NCBI GenBank assembly: GCA_037130265.1
Contig: JBAXTI010000001.1
Coordinates: 171,086 to 235,085, forward strand
Length of the DNA: 64,000 nt
Source of the DNA: a bacterium
Lineage (GTDB): Bacteria > Patescibacteriota > Minisyncoccia > Phycocordibacterales > JBBTRF01
Direction of reading: 5' to 3'
Shown: positions 55,278 through 64,000 of the stretch, in pieces
Numbering within the stretch: position 1 is the stretch's first letter
Layout: the number at the start of each line of letters is the position of its first letter
Made by a program: the position numbers and the translations under genes
Notes under the pieces: generated by a model
The model's database searches: none
The model's input: the letters and a program-made list of their open reading frames with translations, nothing else
What the model was told of the DNA's origin: nothing

Positions 55278-55616
55278 ATGACCACTCCGCTTTCTTCACA
55301 TCCTTCGCCTTCTTCACTTCCACCAAAAGGCTACTACCGGCACTACAAACACGACCCAAAAGGGCCGGAGAACAACTATACCTACGAAGTGATCGGTATT
55401 GGCCGCAACACCGAAGAGGGGACTCTCACCGTGCTCTATAGGCCGCTGTACGACAGTGCCTGGATGCCACCGGCGGATTATCAGTCGCGTCCATTGGAGA
55501 TGTTTATCGGGATGGTTGTGAAGGATGGGAAAACAATGCCGCGCTTCGAACGTGTTACCAACCCAACGTTGATTGCGAAGCTAGAGGCGGTACGCAACGA
55601 AAAGTTTGGGAAATAA
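55278..55616 (+). CDS. DUF1653 family protein
   Basis: GYYRHYK, YEVIG, VLYRPLY, RPLEMF, PRF. Confidence 0.85.
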   Translation: MTTPLSSHPSPSSLPPKGYYRHYKHDPKGPENNYTYEVIGIGRNTEEGTLTVLYRPLYDSAWMPPADYQSRPLEMFIGMVVKDGKTMPRFERVTNPTLIAKLEAVRNEKFGK

Positions 55617-55771
55617 AAAAGCTCTCACACCGGAGGTGGGAGAGCTCATGAGCTGGGGCGGAATAGGTGGGGCGTTCGTGTTTCGCTCGTTGGAGGCAGG
55701 GGATGGGGTGATCCCTCTGGATGCGAGCATTCTGCAAGGCGCCTGACCTAGTCAATCTTCCGCGTCAGCTC
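55615..55771 (-). ncRNA. Candidate orphan structured ncRNA B (~155 nt; possibly 6S-like)
   Basis: Minus-strand TTGACA(55804-55799)-17-TATATT(55781-55776); rod fold GAGCTG..CAGCTC starting at the predicted TSS; terminator GCTCTC/GAGAGC + U6. Confidence 0.65.
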
Positions 55772-55830
55772 AAAGAATATATGGGAATAGTGTGGATGTG
55801 TCAACACCCCATGCAATGAATTGCCTCTTA

Positions 55831-56802
55831 CTATTTCGCGTGCAGATATCCGTAGATATCCTCGAGTGCTTTCACGGCGTCGCCGGCCGCGATGTTGTTT
55901 TGGTGGTAGAGACCGTCGGTGCAGTCACCAGCTGCCCAAATACCGTCGGTCGATGAACGTTGTGTCCGTGGGTCGACAATGATGTTTCCGTATTCATTGA
56001 GCTTCGCTACATCCTTCACGAAAAAGGTCGTTGGCAAAGAGCCAATTTCCACGAAAATACCTGACACCGCGAGGGAATTAAACGCACTCGCATCTCCCGC
56101 CGCACCCAATTTTGCGTCTTTGTATGTGAGTCCTGAGACAAACTTCTCGCCCGTGACTTCGGTCGGTACGGCATTGGTGAGGATCTTCATTTTTGGATTG
56201 GCGCGGAGCTTGTCGACGGTCACTGGGTCGGCGCGGAAGGTTTCGCTGCGGTTGAGGAGGGTGACGCTTTTGCAGTATGCCAAAAGCTGTGCAGCTGATT
56301 CAAATGCCGCGTTGCCACCGCCGATCACCGCCACATCCTGATCAGCAAAAAGTGGTCCGTCGCAGGTGGCGCAATAGGTGAGGCCTTTGTGCTCGAATAC
56401 ATCCGCGCCCTTCACTCCCTCGAGCTTGCGTCGGTGGCTGCCGGTGGTCACGAGTACTGTCTTGGTGAAAAACTCACCGGCATCGGTGGTCACTTTAAAT
56501 CCAGAATCCTTTCCGAAATCTCCGCCGCTCATTTTCTCGACATTCTTCACGCCAACACCTTCTTTGATATCCACGATATTTCCAGCGTACGCTCGCAAAT
56601 GCACCTCAAGGCTCTTCGACAGATCAACGCCAGAGATCTTCACCGTGCCAATCCAATTTTCAATACCGTCGGAAACGGAACTTTGTCCAAGGAAGTCTTT
56701 GGTGATAAACACCGTCTTCAGACGCTTGCGCGACGCATACACTCCCGCGGCCACTCCCGCTGGCCCACCCCCCAAGATTGCCAAGTCGTATAGTTGGTTC
56801 AT
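55831..56802 (-). CDS. trxB: Thioredoxin-disulfide reductase
   Basis: GGGPAG, YCATCDG, GGGNAA, WAAGD. Confidence 0.9.
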   Translation of the reverse strand: MNQLYDLAILGGGPAGVAAGVYASRKRLKTVFITKDFLGQSSVSDGIENWIGTVKISGVDLSKSLEVHLRAYAGNIVDIKEGVGVKNVEKMSGGDFGKDSGFKVTTDAGEFFTKTVLVTTGSHRRKLEGVKGADVFEHKGLTYCATCDGPLFADQDVAVIGGGNAAFESAAQLLAYCKSVTLLNRSETFRADPVTVDKLRANPKMKILTNAVPTEVTGEKFVSGLTYKDAKLGAAGDASAFNSLAVSGIFVEIGSLPTTFFVKDVAKLNEYGNIIVDPRTQRSSTDGIWAAGDCTDGLYHQNNIAAGDAVKALEDIYGYLHAK

Positions 56803-56886
56803 GGCCCATATCATAGCAAATTTTTGCTTTTTTGTGCGCGTCTGTTAGTATCTCTGTAGGTTAACAATCAAAGAGAAAGGTATCGG

Positions 56887-57519
56887 ATGAAGACGATTAC
56901 TTTCGGTGATGATCTGCTTGGTGTTGAGGATCTTGCTATGTCTCTCTACGGGCGCATTCCAAAACTGTGGAGGGAGATTTTCCCGTCCTGGTTTACCGTT
57001 GTGGTTAATCCATCGACGACATTCCGATCATTTGAGTCATTGCAGCCAACTCTCCGTGGGGTTAATTTTGACGCTCGCGAGATTTCAGAATGGGCTGAGA
57101 GAAGCGAAGACTGGCACTCTGTCCATGTCCTACTACAGCAGCCTGATGAAAAACGGGTCTGTTGGAACCTCTGGCTCAGACATTCGGATGATCGAGAGTA
57201 TCTCGCTCACGCCTTCCTTTCTACGGCCGCAGCGATCCTGTGGTGTGTGAACAGTCACTTGCGTGCCCAGTGGCGTATGGGGCTGGTCGGGAAGCGGATT
57301 CAACAGGTGGAGATCACTGACAAGAATGCCGATACCTTCTTTTGCGAGGCATTTGCGGATCGGGTGATCGAACCGAGGCGGTTTTTTTACCGCACATCAC
57401 CCGCATCTCAAGCCTTTGCTCTCATCGAGAAAAAGCTCGAGATGGGAGGTCTATTGCTCGATATTGACCCTGAATGGCTCGATGTCGATGGATTTCGAAA
57501 GGCACTTGCTACAGCTTGA
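56887..57519 (+). CDS. Hypothetical protein, 210 aa
   Basis: ATG ORF with SD-like GAAAGG and downstream terminator hairpin (57538-57570). Confidence 0.6.
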   Translation: MKTITFGDDLLGVEDLAMSLYGRIPKLWREIFPSWFTVVVNPSTTFRSFESLQPTLRGVNFDAREISEWAERSEDWHSVHVLLQQPDEKRVCWNLWLRHSDDREYLAHAFLSTAAAILWCVNSHLRAQWRMGLVGKRIQQVEITDKNADTFFCEAFADRVIEPRRFFYRTSPASQAFALIEKKLEMGGLLLDIDPEWLDVDGFRKALATA

Positions 57520-57653
57520 TGTCCATGGGTATGCACGAACGGCGCGAGGCCAACAGCCTCCGCCGTTTTTAATTACACAAAATGTCTTTCTAAGTCGTTC
57601 GAAATATGTAAGAGACAGCAGAAAACACATTCAGAAGGAACTGCGGAGCGATA

Positions 57654-57759
57654 AAAAATCAAAAGACGTTTTCGAGGAACTGCGGAGGCCGACGGGCCGA
57701 GCCGGAGCAAAATTTCAGTAGAAATTTACGCGTGTCCGAGAAAACGTCTTTTGATTTTT
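57654..57759. repeat. Structured intergenic repeat family, copy 4
   Basis: Perfect 20-bp outer inverted repeat; core GGAGGCCGACGGGCCGAG..AAATTTC-AGTA-GAAATTTACG; abuts ftsZ stop. Confidence 0.75.
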
Positions 57760-58975
57760 ACTTCTTCGATCGTCTCAAAAACGCCGGTACCGCACCCCAA
57801 TCATCATCCCCATCATCCGCAATGCTGGTCGCCCCTACCATTGGCTTCTTCTCCTCCGGAGCTTTGCTGTTGTTGATCGCCTCCTTCACAACACTTGCAA
57901 CATCGCGCTGTTCAACCTCCTTCTCTTTTGGCTTGCTGACAGCTGGAGTGCTGCTCATGGTGTTGAAAATCTTGCCCTTTGACTCATCGCCAAACAAGCT
58001 CTTCTTTGGAGTGCCGCCTGGCTCTGGGAAACCGGATGCGATAACAGTGATCTTAATCTCGTTCTTCTTGAGCTTCTCGTCTCGGACAGTACCGAAAATA
58101 ACCTTCGCATTTGGATCAATAGACTCGGTGATGACCTTTGCAGCATCCTGGATCTCGAACATGGTGAGATCGTCGCCGCCAGCGATAGAGAAGAGTACGC
58201 CCTTAGCGCCGTGAATAGAAATATCCAAAAGAGGGGAGTTGATCGCCATCTTTGCCGCTTCCTCTGCGCGCTTCTCGCCACTCGCTGTACCGATACCCAT
58301 GAGGGCTGAGCCGGCGTTATCGAGAATGGCTCGTACATCGGCGAAGTCGACGTTGATGATACCTGGTGTGGTGATCAAATCAGAAATACCTTCTACAGCC
58401 TGCTTGAGAATCTCATCAGACATCGCAAAAGCTTGTCGCGCGGTAGTGTCCTTGCTTGCAATGCTCAAAATACGGTCGTTTGGAATGACGATGAGTGCGT
58501 CGACAGACTTCTTGAGCTCATCGAGACCCTGCTCTGCGTGCTTCATACGCTGCTGACCTTCGAAGAAGAACGGCTTGGTGACCACGCCGATAGTGAGGAC
58601 GCCCATTTCCTTCGCGATCTTTGCTACGACAGGCGCAGCACCAGTACCGGTACCACCACCTTTACCACACGCAATGAAGACCATGTCTGAACCCTTGAGA
58701 GCTTCCTGGATTTCTTCCTTGGTTTCCTCTGCTGCACGCTTGCCGAGCTCTGGGTTCATGCCAGTGCCGAGGCCACGAGTGAGGTTTTTGCCAATGTGAA
58801 TCTTTTTCTTTGCGAGAGAGTTCTGGAGATCCTGGGCGTCAGTGTTTATCGCGATAAATTCAACCCCGCGCACCTTGGAGTTGACCATGTGGTTCACTGC
58901 GTTCTTGCCGGAACCGCCCACACCAATGACTTTGATGCGTGCGAATGCCTCTACTTCTGGGTTAATTTGGGCCAT
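57758..58975 (-). CDS. ftsZ: Cell division protein FtsZ
   Basis: [16 protein letters not shown]-terminal VPAFLRR. Confidence 0.97.
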   Translation of the reverse strand: MAQINPEVEAFARIKVIGVGGSGKNAVNHMVNSKVRGVEFIAINTDAQDLQNSLAKKKIHIGKNLTRGLGTGMNPELGKRAAEETKEEIQEALKGSDMVFIACGKGGGTGTGAAPVVAKIAKEMGVLTIGVVTKPFFFEGQQRMKHAEQGLDELKKSVDALIVIPNDRILSIASKDTTARQAFAMSDEILKQAVEGISDLITTPGIINVDFADVRAILDNAGSALMGIGTASGEKRAEEAAKMAINSPLLDISIHGAKGVLFSIAGGDDLTMFEIQDAAKVITESIDPNAKVIFGTVRDEKLKKNEIKITVIASGFPEPGGTPKKSLFGDESKGKIFNTMSSTPAVSKPKEKEVEQRDVASVVKEAINNSKAPEEKKPMVGATSIADDGDDDWGAVPAFLRRSKK

Positions 58976-59111
58976 AAATAAGCGTTAGCTAAAGGGAATA
59001 TGCGCTTATGATAGCAGAAAGGCTTAGAAAAAGAAAAGGCTTGACGCAAAGAGGGAAACAGTCTGTGCTTTTGGCACGATTTTGCACCAATTTGGCTTTT
59101 TCGCGCCTAAA

Positions 59112-60284
59112 TTAAGGCCAAAATTGCTTGAGCCAGCTTTTGAAGAGATTTTTTGTCTGGCTATGTGGCTCGGTGATGTCTTCGCCGTTGGTGAAGCCTA
59201 AAATACAGAGGCCGTATGCGACAGCCCAAGTAGCGTCTTTGATTGGCACACGCAAATGTGAGGTGAAATTGAAAGATGCGATTTTCGAAGGGAGTCGCAG
59301 TGTGGCACGAGCAAAATCTTGCAATCGATCGAGGCCGGAACCACCGCCGCTGATAATAATGCCGGCAGGCAAGAGTCCGTTGCGGCCGATCTTTTTCAAG
59401 TGCGCCTCGATGAGCTCGAAAATGTCGGAAAGACGCGCTTCGATGATCTCGTCGAGTTTCTTTTTTGAATGCGGCAGGTTCTGTGTGTTGCCAAGCTTGA
59501 TGTCTTCGGCTTCTTCGAGTGGAATTTTCAAACCAAGCGCGATGTCGTTGGTGATGTCGGTGGAGCCGATAGGAAATACCTCGATGGAAGTTGGAATGTT
59601 GTTCTCGTAGACGATCAAGGATACGGTCTCGGCACCAATGTTGGCGAGTACGCAGCCAGCGGTCTTCTGAACGCGGTTCAGTGTCACGAGACTGGCAGCG
59701 ATTGGCGCGGCTACAATGTCTTCGATCTGGATCTCGGCTTCGTTCACTGCGGCGATGGTGTCCTGAAAATGACGCTCGAGAGCGGTCACAAACATCGTAG
59801 TCACTTCGAGACGATTGCCCTTGAAGCCGACTGGACGACCAATCACCACTTCGCCATCCACTTTGTATTCAGTCGGGATGACGTGAATGATGTGTCGGTT
59901 CACCATGAAATTCTTCGGCAACGCACTCTCGCTGGTCTGGATGACCTTCTTCACATCGAGCTCGGTGATTTCAGAATCGGCACGGGAGATAATAGTAGTA
60001 CCTTTTGCATAGGTGCTGTTGAGGCCCATGCCACCAATGCTGACATACGCCTTGCGGATCTTGAAACCACCGGCGCTTTTTTCTGCTTGCTGTACTGCAA
60101 GGCGGATACTGCGAGTGACTTCTGTGGGGTTGATGATGTGTCCATGACGCATCCCTTTGGACTCAGCGAAACCAACGCCGAGGATACGCGGAACATGCTT
60201 GTCTTTTTCAAGGACAGATTCTGAGACAGCTACTTTGACTTGGTAGGTGCCGATATCGATGCCGACTTTGATGTTGCGAGCCAT
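59112..60284 (-). CDS. ftsA: Cell division protein FtsA
   Basis: GIDIGT, NIGAET, ITNDIA, AEDIK, IEARL; upstream of ftsZ. Confidence 0.95.
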   Translation of the reverse strand: MARNIKVGIDIGTYQVKVAVSESVLEKDKHVPRILGVGFAESKGMRHGHIINPTEVTRSIRLAVQQAEKSAGGFKIRKAYVSIGGMGLNSTYAKGTTIISRADSEITELDVKKVIQTSESALPKNFMVNRHIIHVIPTEYKVDGEVVIGRPVGFKGNRLEVTTMFVTALERHFQDTIAAVNEAEIQIEDIVAAPIAASLVTLNRVQKTAGCVLANIGAETVSLIVYENNIPTSIEVFPIGSTDITNDIALGLKIPLEEAEDIKLGNTQNLPHSKKKLDEIIEARLSDIFELIEAHLKKIGRNGLLPAGIIISGGGSGLDRLQDFARATLRLPSKIASFNFTSHLRVPIKDATWAVAYGLCILGFTNGEDITEPHSQTKNLFKSWLKQFWP

Positions 60285-60673
60285 GGGTGGGAGATGCCAA
60301 ATGCTTTGCAGTGCTTGGCTTCTTCGCTCTCCATTGTACTCCCATGATCGAATCCGTTCAAATGGAGCAAACCGTGGATAAACAGGTAGCCCACATAATT
60401 TTCGTAGGTTTGACCAAACTCACGAGCTTTCTTTTTGGTGCAATCGAGGTTGAGGTAGATCTCACCGTTTTGTTCATCGAGTGGAAAAGACAAAATATCG
60501 GTCGGGCTGTCCTTCTCGCGGTGGACGAGATTGAGCTCGTGGATTTTTTTCTCACTAACAATCGCCACACTTAATTCATACTGCTTGCCGAGCACGGCGT
60601 TCTTCATTTGCACAAAAGGCCACTCGGGAAGAGTAGCCTTTGTGGAATTGATGAGAGAAAATGTATCGCTCAC
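60230..60673 (-). CDS. ybeY: rRNA maturation endoribonuclease YbeY (start uncertain; overlaps ftsA by 55 nt)
   Basis: PTDILSF, GEIYL, IHGLLHLNGFDH. Confidence 0.9.
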   Translation of the reverse strand: MSDTFSLINSTKATLPEWPFVQMKNAVLGKQYELSVAIVSEKKIHELNLVHREKDSPTDILSFPLDEQNGEIYLNLDCTKKKAREFGQTYENYVGYLFIHGLLHLNGFDHGSTMESEEAKHCKAFGISHPWLATSKSASISAPTKSK

Positions 60674-60710
60674 GTGTGAGTGGGTCCGCCGAGAGGCGAA
60701 CGAGGGTCGA

Positions 60711-60968
60711 TTATCGAGCTGCTGGCTTTGCGCCACGTCGCTCTGGCTGCTTGAACTTTCCGAGCTTCATTGCGAGCTCAACTTCTGCGCGCTTGGTGAG
60801 CTTGTCCATTGCATGCTTCTTTACGCTCAAAGGAGATTGGTTGCGGCCAGCGTATCGGATCGATCGCACTCGGCTCAATATGCCAGAACCCTGCACACGC
60901 TTTGTGAAGCGTCGCAAAATACTAAGGCTGTTTTCGTTCGCACCTTTCTCTACTTGTACGTTTATCAT
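60711..60968 (-). CDS. rpsU: 30S ribosomal protein bS21-like
   Basis: NENSLSILRRFTKRVQGSGIL; small basic protein. Confidence 0.7.
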   Translation of the reverse strand: MINVQVEKGANENSLSILRRFTKRVQGSGILSRVRSIRYAGRNQSPLSVKKHAMDKLTKRAEVELAMKLGKFKQPERRGAKPAAR

Positions 60969-60988
60969 AGTTTCAATATCCTAACACA

Positions 60989-62233
60989 TTACCGAATTTT
61001 CTTCAAATATTCCGGCAGTTTGGCTAGGGATATGGTCTCTTGGTGGCGTGTGCTCATTTCTCGGACAATGACAGAGTTGTCCCGCGCTTCCTTCTGTCCC
61101 ATGATGATAGTGTGAGGGATTTTGCTGTTTTCAGCGCTCTGAATCTGGCCTGAAATCTTGTCTTTTCCAATAGATTGGGCGAGTGGAATGTTGGCTTTTC
61201 GGAGCATTTCGATGACCTCGAGACTCTTGAGCTTGGCTTCAAATCCGAGCTGCACAAAGTACACTTTCGGAGCTTTTCCAGGGCGGTTGCGATTGAAAAG
61301 TGCCTCTTCTTTTGGCTTTTTGTACGAGACTGTCACACCGACAGCCCCGATCTCTTTTCGATAGCCAAGTTTTTTAGAAATGCCGTTGTAGCGCATGCCA
61401 GTGGCGAGCAGGGTGTTGGTCTCCACTTCACGGATTTCGAAAGCGGTCTGGGTCCACATGTTGCGGTCGCATATCAGGCCGTTGTGAATTTTGTACGCGA
61501 TACCAAGACTCTCCAAATACTCGAGTACTTCACGGAAGTGTTGTCGAGAAAGCTCTGAAAGAAAGTTAATCGGGTTCGGGGCACTTTCGTGGACAGGTCG
61601 ACACTTCTCGTCGTCACATTCATACACTTTGAAAATGTCCGTCTTCATCACCTGGCGACAGTGGTTTGAAAGGACGCTGATGTGCTTGCGGTAGTGGTTC
61701 GCGAGCTCACGACAGAAGCGATTCATGGAGTCTTTGTCGCCAATACTGTTCACATGCACCATGAGTTCCCCGAAGCCTTCTTCGCGCAGTGTCTCCACAA
61801 CACCTTTGATGAGTGTTGCCTCCGCGATACTCTTGGTGGTGCCGAGTACGTCGAGGTGGAAAGTCTTCACGCCAGGCCACTTCGCTTTGCGAGAACCCTC
61901 GTGCTGAACGAGTCCTTCGTAATAGAGCATCACCGGCTGACTCCAAGTGAACATTTCCTGTTCATGGTACATGCGGAGGACGGCCACCTTGTCTTCTGGG
62001 TGGATGAGAAGAGGCTTTTTGATGAGGGGTTCGTCTTTTTTTGAATAAGTAATTCCGAGAAACTTCCGAGCATTGTCCATGTCCACTTTTTCGAGACGTG
62101 GTGGGTTGATGAGCTCGAAGCCGTAGTACGAAGCAATCTCTGCCGACTTGCCAGTCGCGAGCACCTTTGCCACCATGGGCGGCTTGTTGATGACTGGCTC
62201 AACCTTGGCGAATTTGTTGGATGTGTGGGACAT
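60989..62233 (-). CDS. Degenerate histidyl-tRNA synthetase paralogue
   Basis: YGF..I.PP, LIHPE, HFREVLEYL, T.FEI, G.RYNG, anticodon-binding domain; motif 2 FRxE and GLDYY not intact. Confidence 0.75.
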   Translation of the reverse strand: MSHTSNKFAKVEPVINKPPMVAKVLATGKSAEIASYYGFELINPPRLEKVDMDNARKFLGITYSKKDEPLIKKPLLIHPEDKVAVLRMYHEQEMFTWSQPVMLYYEGLVQHEGSRKAKWPGVKTFHLDVLGTTKSIAEATLIKGVVETLREEGFGELMVHVNSIGDKDSMNRFCRELANHYRKHISVLSNHCRQVMKTDIFKVYECDDEKCRPVHESAPNPINFLSELSRQHFREVLEYLESLGIAYKIHNGLICDRNMWTQTAFEIREVETNTLLATGMRYNGISKKLGYRKEIGAVGVTVSYKKPKEEALFNRNRPGKAPKVYFVQLGFEAKLKSLEVIEMLRKANIPLAQSIGKDKISGQIQSAENSKIPHTIIMGQKEARDNSVIVREMSTRHQETISLAKLPEYLKKIR

Positions 62234-62245
62234 GGTGTTCAGAGA

Positions 62246-62839
62246 TTAGTTGGCAAAATGGGCGACTCCTGGCAGGAAATTGATTTTAGTTGGCGGCAAC
62301 AGGCGCAGTAATGGGCGGCCGACGATGTATTTTTCCTCGAGTGTGCCCCACGAGCGCGAATCCGAGCTCGCAGGGCGATTGTCGCCGAGGACGAAGTATT
62401 CGTTTGGACCGAGCGTCTTCTTCATGCTGTCGAGTGAGTGATTGGCGACGTACGGCTCTTCCAATACGATCGGTTCAGCGCTCGTGCTGTTACGAATTGA
62501 AACTTTGCCGTATTGAATTTCGACCGTTTCGCCAGGAAGGCCAATGAGGCGCTTGATATAGTAACGCTTTGCTTCGGTTGGAGCAGTGTATGGATACTGA
62601 AAGACGAGCACTTCGCCTCGCTGCGGATCGCGGAAATGATACGAGAGCTCGTCGACGATGAGATATTGTCCGGTAGCGAACGTTGGATCCATTGATGGTC
62701 CGTTCACAACGAACGGTTTGGCAACGAAGACGCGAATCGGGAGGACGATGAGGAGGGTGATGAGAACGAATCTCCACAATTCAGAAAAAGATCGTTTTAA
62801 CGATGATGGTTCTGTAACTTGTGTATCGAGATTGGTCAT
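62246..62839 (-). CDS. lepB: Signal peptidase I
   Basis: GPSMDPT, YIKRLIGLPGE, GDNRPASSDSR. Confidence 0.95.
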   Translation of the reverse strand: MTNLDTQVTEPSSLKRSFSELWRFVLITLLIVLPIRVFVAKPFVVNGPSMDPTFATGQYLIVDELSYHFRDPQRGEVLVFQYPYTAPTEAKRYYIKRLIGLPGETVEIQYGKVSIRNSTSAEPIVLEEPYVANHSLDSMKKTLGPNEYFVLGDNRPASSDSRSWGTLEEKYIVGRPLLRLLPPTKINFLPGVAHFAN

Positions 62840-63014
62840 TGCAAGCAATTTTACCGCGGGCGAGTGAGTTGACGCAAGAGCAAAATGCATGTCGCATCGT
62901 TTCTTTTGCAATTTACGAGCAAGAATTTTGCGATGAATGATTTTTTGCGCGCTCGCGCCGTCGCTCGCGCGCCTTTTTGCATCGCTTCTACTCGCGTGCT
63001 ACACTTTTTCCAAC

Positions 63015-63641
63015 ATGACATACATTATTGCAGGTCTCGGCAACCCCGGAATGGAGTACAAGGAGACGCGACACAATATTGGCCGCATGGTAGCTGATGC
63101 GTTTGTGAAAAAGCACGGTTTGCCTGAGCTTGAGGCCGACAAAATGCTCAAGGCGCTTGCTTGCGAAGGGAAGATCGAGGGTGCGCACGCACTCACTGGC
63201 AAGGTGAAGAAGGAAAAGGTGGTGGTACTCGAGCCTGAGACGTTTATGAACAAGTCGGGTGAGTCGGTGGCGAAGGTGGTGAAGAGCAAGAAGGCGGCCG
63301 AGCAGCTCGTGGTCATCCACGATGACCTCGACTTACCGCTCGGCCGTCTCAAGGTATCATTCAACAAGAGCTCTGGCGGACACCGTGGCGTGGAGTCGGT
63401 GATCAAGGCAGTGAAGACTCAGGAATTCATCCGACTGCGCATCGGGATCACTCCAGCGACTGCCGGCGGCAAGCTGAAGAAGCCCGAAGGCGAGGACCTC
63501 ATCAACGATTTTATCGTCGCCGACTTTAAAAAGCCCGAAGCGGAGACGTTGAAGAAAGTTATCAAGACCGCCGTCGATGCACTCGATTGTATTATTCTGT
63601 CTGGGCGGGACGCAGCGATGGGAAGCTTTAATTCGCTGTAA
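63015..63641 (+). CDS. pth: Peptidyl-tRNA hydrolase
   Basis: GLGNPG, TRHNIG, TFMNKSG, HDDLD, GGHRG, RLRIGI. Confidence 0.95.
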   Translation: MTYIIAGLGNPGMEYKETRHNIGRMVADAFVKKHGLPELEADKMLKALACEGKIEGAHALTGKVKKEKVVVLEPETFMNKSGESVAKVVKSKKAAEQLVVIHDDLDLPLGRLKVSFNKSSGGHRGVESVIKAVKTQEFIRLRIGITPATAGGKLKKPEGEDLINDFIVADFKKPEAETLKKVIKTAVDALDCIILSGRDAAMGSFNSL

Positions 63642-63668
63642 ACTTCGATGTCGGAGCCAGCAATCTAA

Positions 63669-63741
63669 AGTTTTCCTTATTCTTTCTTAGGTAAAACTTT
63701 AGCCTTTCTTGGCAGTTTCTCTATCGATGCTTTGCTACACT
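63669..63741 (+). promoter_or_regulatory. Conserved promoter/operator element, copy 3 of 3
   Basis: TTTCTTGGCAGTTTCTCTATCGATGCTTTGCTACACT, ungapped with copies 1 and 2. Confidence 0.6.
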
Positions 63742-63750
63742 TTTTCCACT

Positions 63751-64000
63751 ATGGAAAAAGCCAAGAAAACACGGTTTGTATCCGGAAAGATCCGAGATGT
63801 CACTCCACGAGAAGAGAGAAGTTTACGAATAGTTAGTTTAGTCCTATCGATAAAGATCCAGGTGGGTGTTGTTGCTGCCGTTCCCGCTTTTCTCTCACCT
63901 GATAGACGGAAAAGAGATCTTGTTTTTAGTAAAATGATTGCGGATAAGATCAGGAGAGACCACGGAGAGTTTCTCCTGGAAAATTTTGTCATAAATGCAA
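63751..64000 (+). CDS. Hypothetical protein (3' truncated by window)
   Basis: ATG 9 nt after TACACT; frame MEKAKKTRFVSGKIRD..KIRRDHGEFLLENF stays open to the window end. Confidence 0.6.
   Translation, partial: MEKAKKTRFVSGKIRDVTPREERSLRIVSLVLSIKIQVGVVAAVPAFLSPDRRKRDLVFSKMIADKIRRDHGEFLLENFVINA

Noticed and set aside
3114-60224. Long antisense ORFs (e.g. 3114-3836, 8842-9684, 12915-13709, 26536-27405, 59469-60224)
   Set aside because: Shadows of well-supported genes on the opposite strand with no recognisable motifs.

Overview
Chromosomal window from a small-genome bacterium, very probably Patescibacteria/CPR (Parcubacteria-like). This is inferred from gene content and order (rpsU-ybeY-ftsA-ftsZ, rnj-oppA-secG, a degenerate HisRS paralogue, no biosynthetic operons, mostly leaderless genes); genetic code 11. 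It holds about 60 CDS (pyrG end, msrA/B, rnj, nrdJ, murJ, lepA, valS, NUDIX-tsaD fusion, trxB, ftsZ/A, lepB, pth and others), 8 tRNAs and RNase P RNA. No CRISPR, rRNA or intact transposase was seen. The most unusual signals are mostly non-coding: (1) a family of structured 3' trailers behind tRNA-Ser(GGA) and tRNA-Gly(CCC) whose sequence is tailored antisense to the specific host tRNA, with a conserved hairpin scaffold and a duplicated tRNA 3' end; (2) perfect ~25-33 bp palindromes inside the Bro-N and ORF6N DNA-binding genes, plus a silent in-frame alternative copy carrying a different perfect palindrome directly behind the ORF6N gene; (3) two orphan promoter-terminator-bounded ncRNA candidates whose complementary strand folds better than the transcript; (4) a four-copy structured intergenic repeat family; (5) a three-copy conserved promoter element; (6) a free-standing LAGLIDADG gene whose stop codon lies inside tRNA-Ser(CGA). 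All calls were made by eye from sequence motifs; no database search was run.
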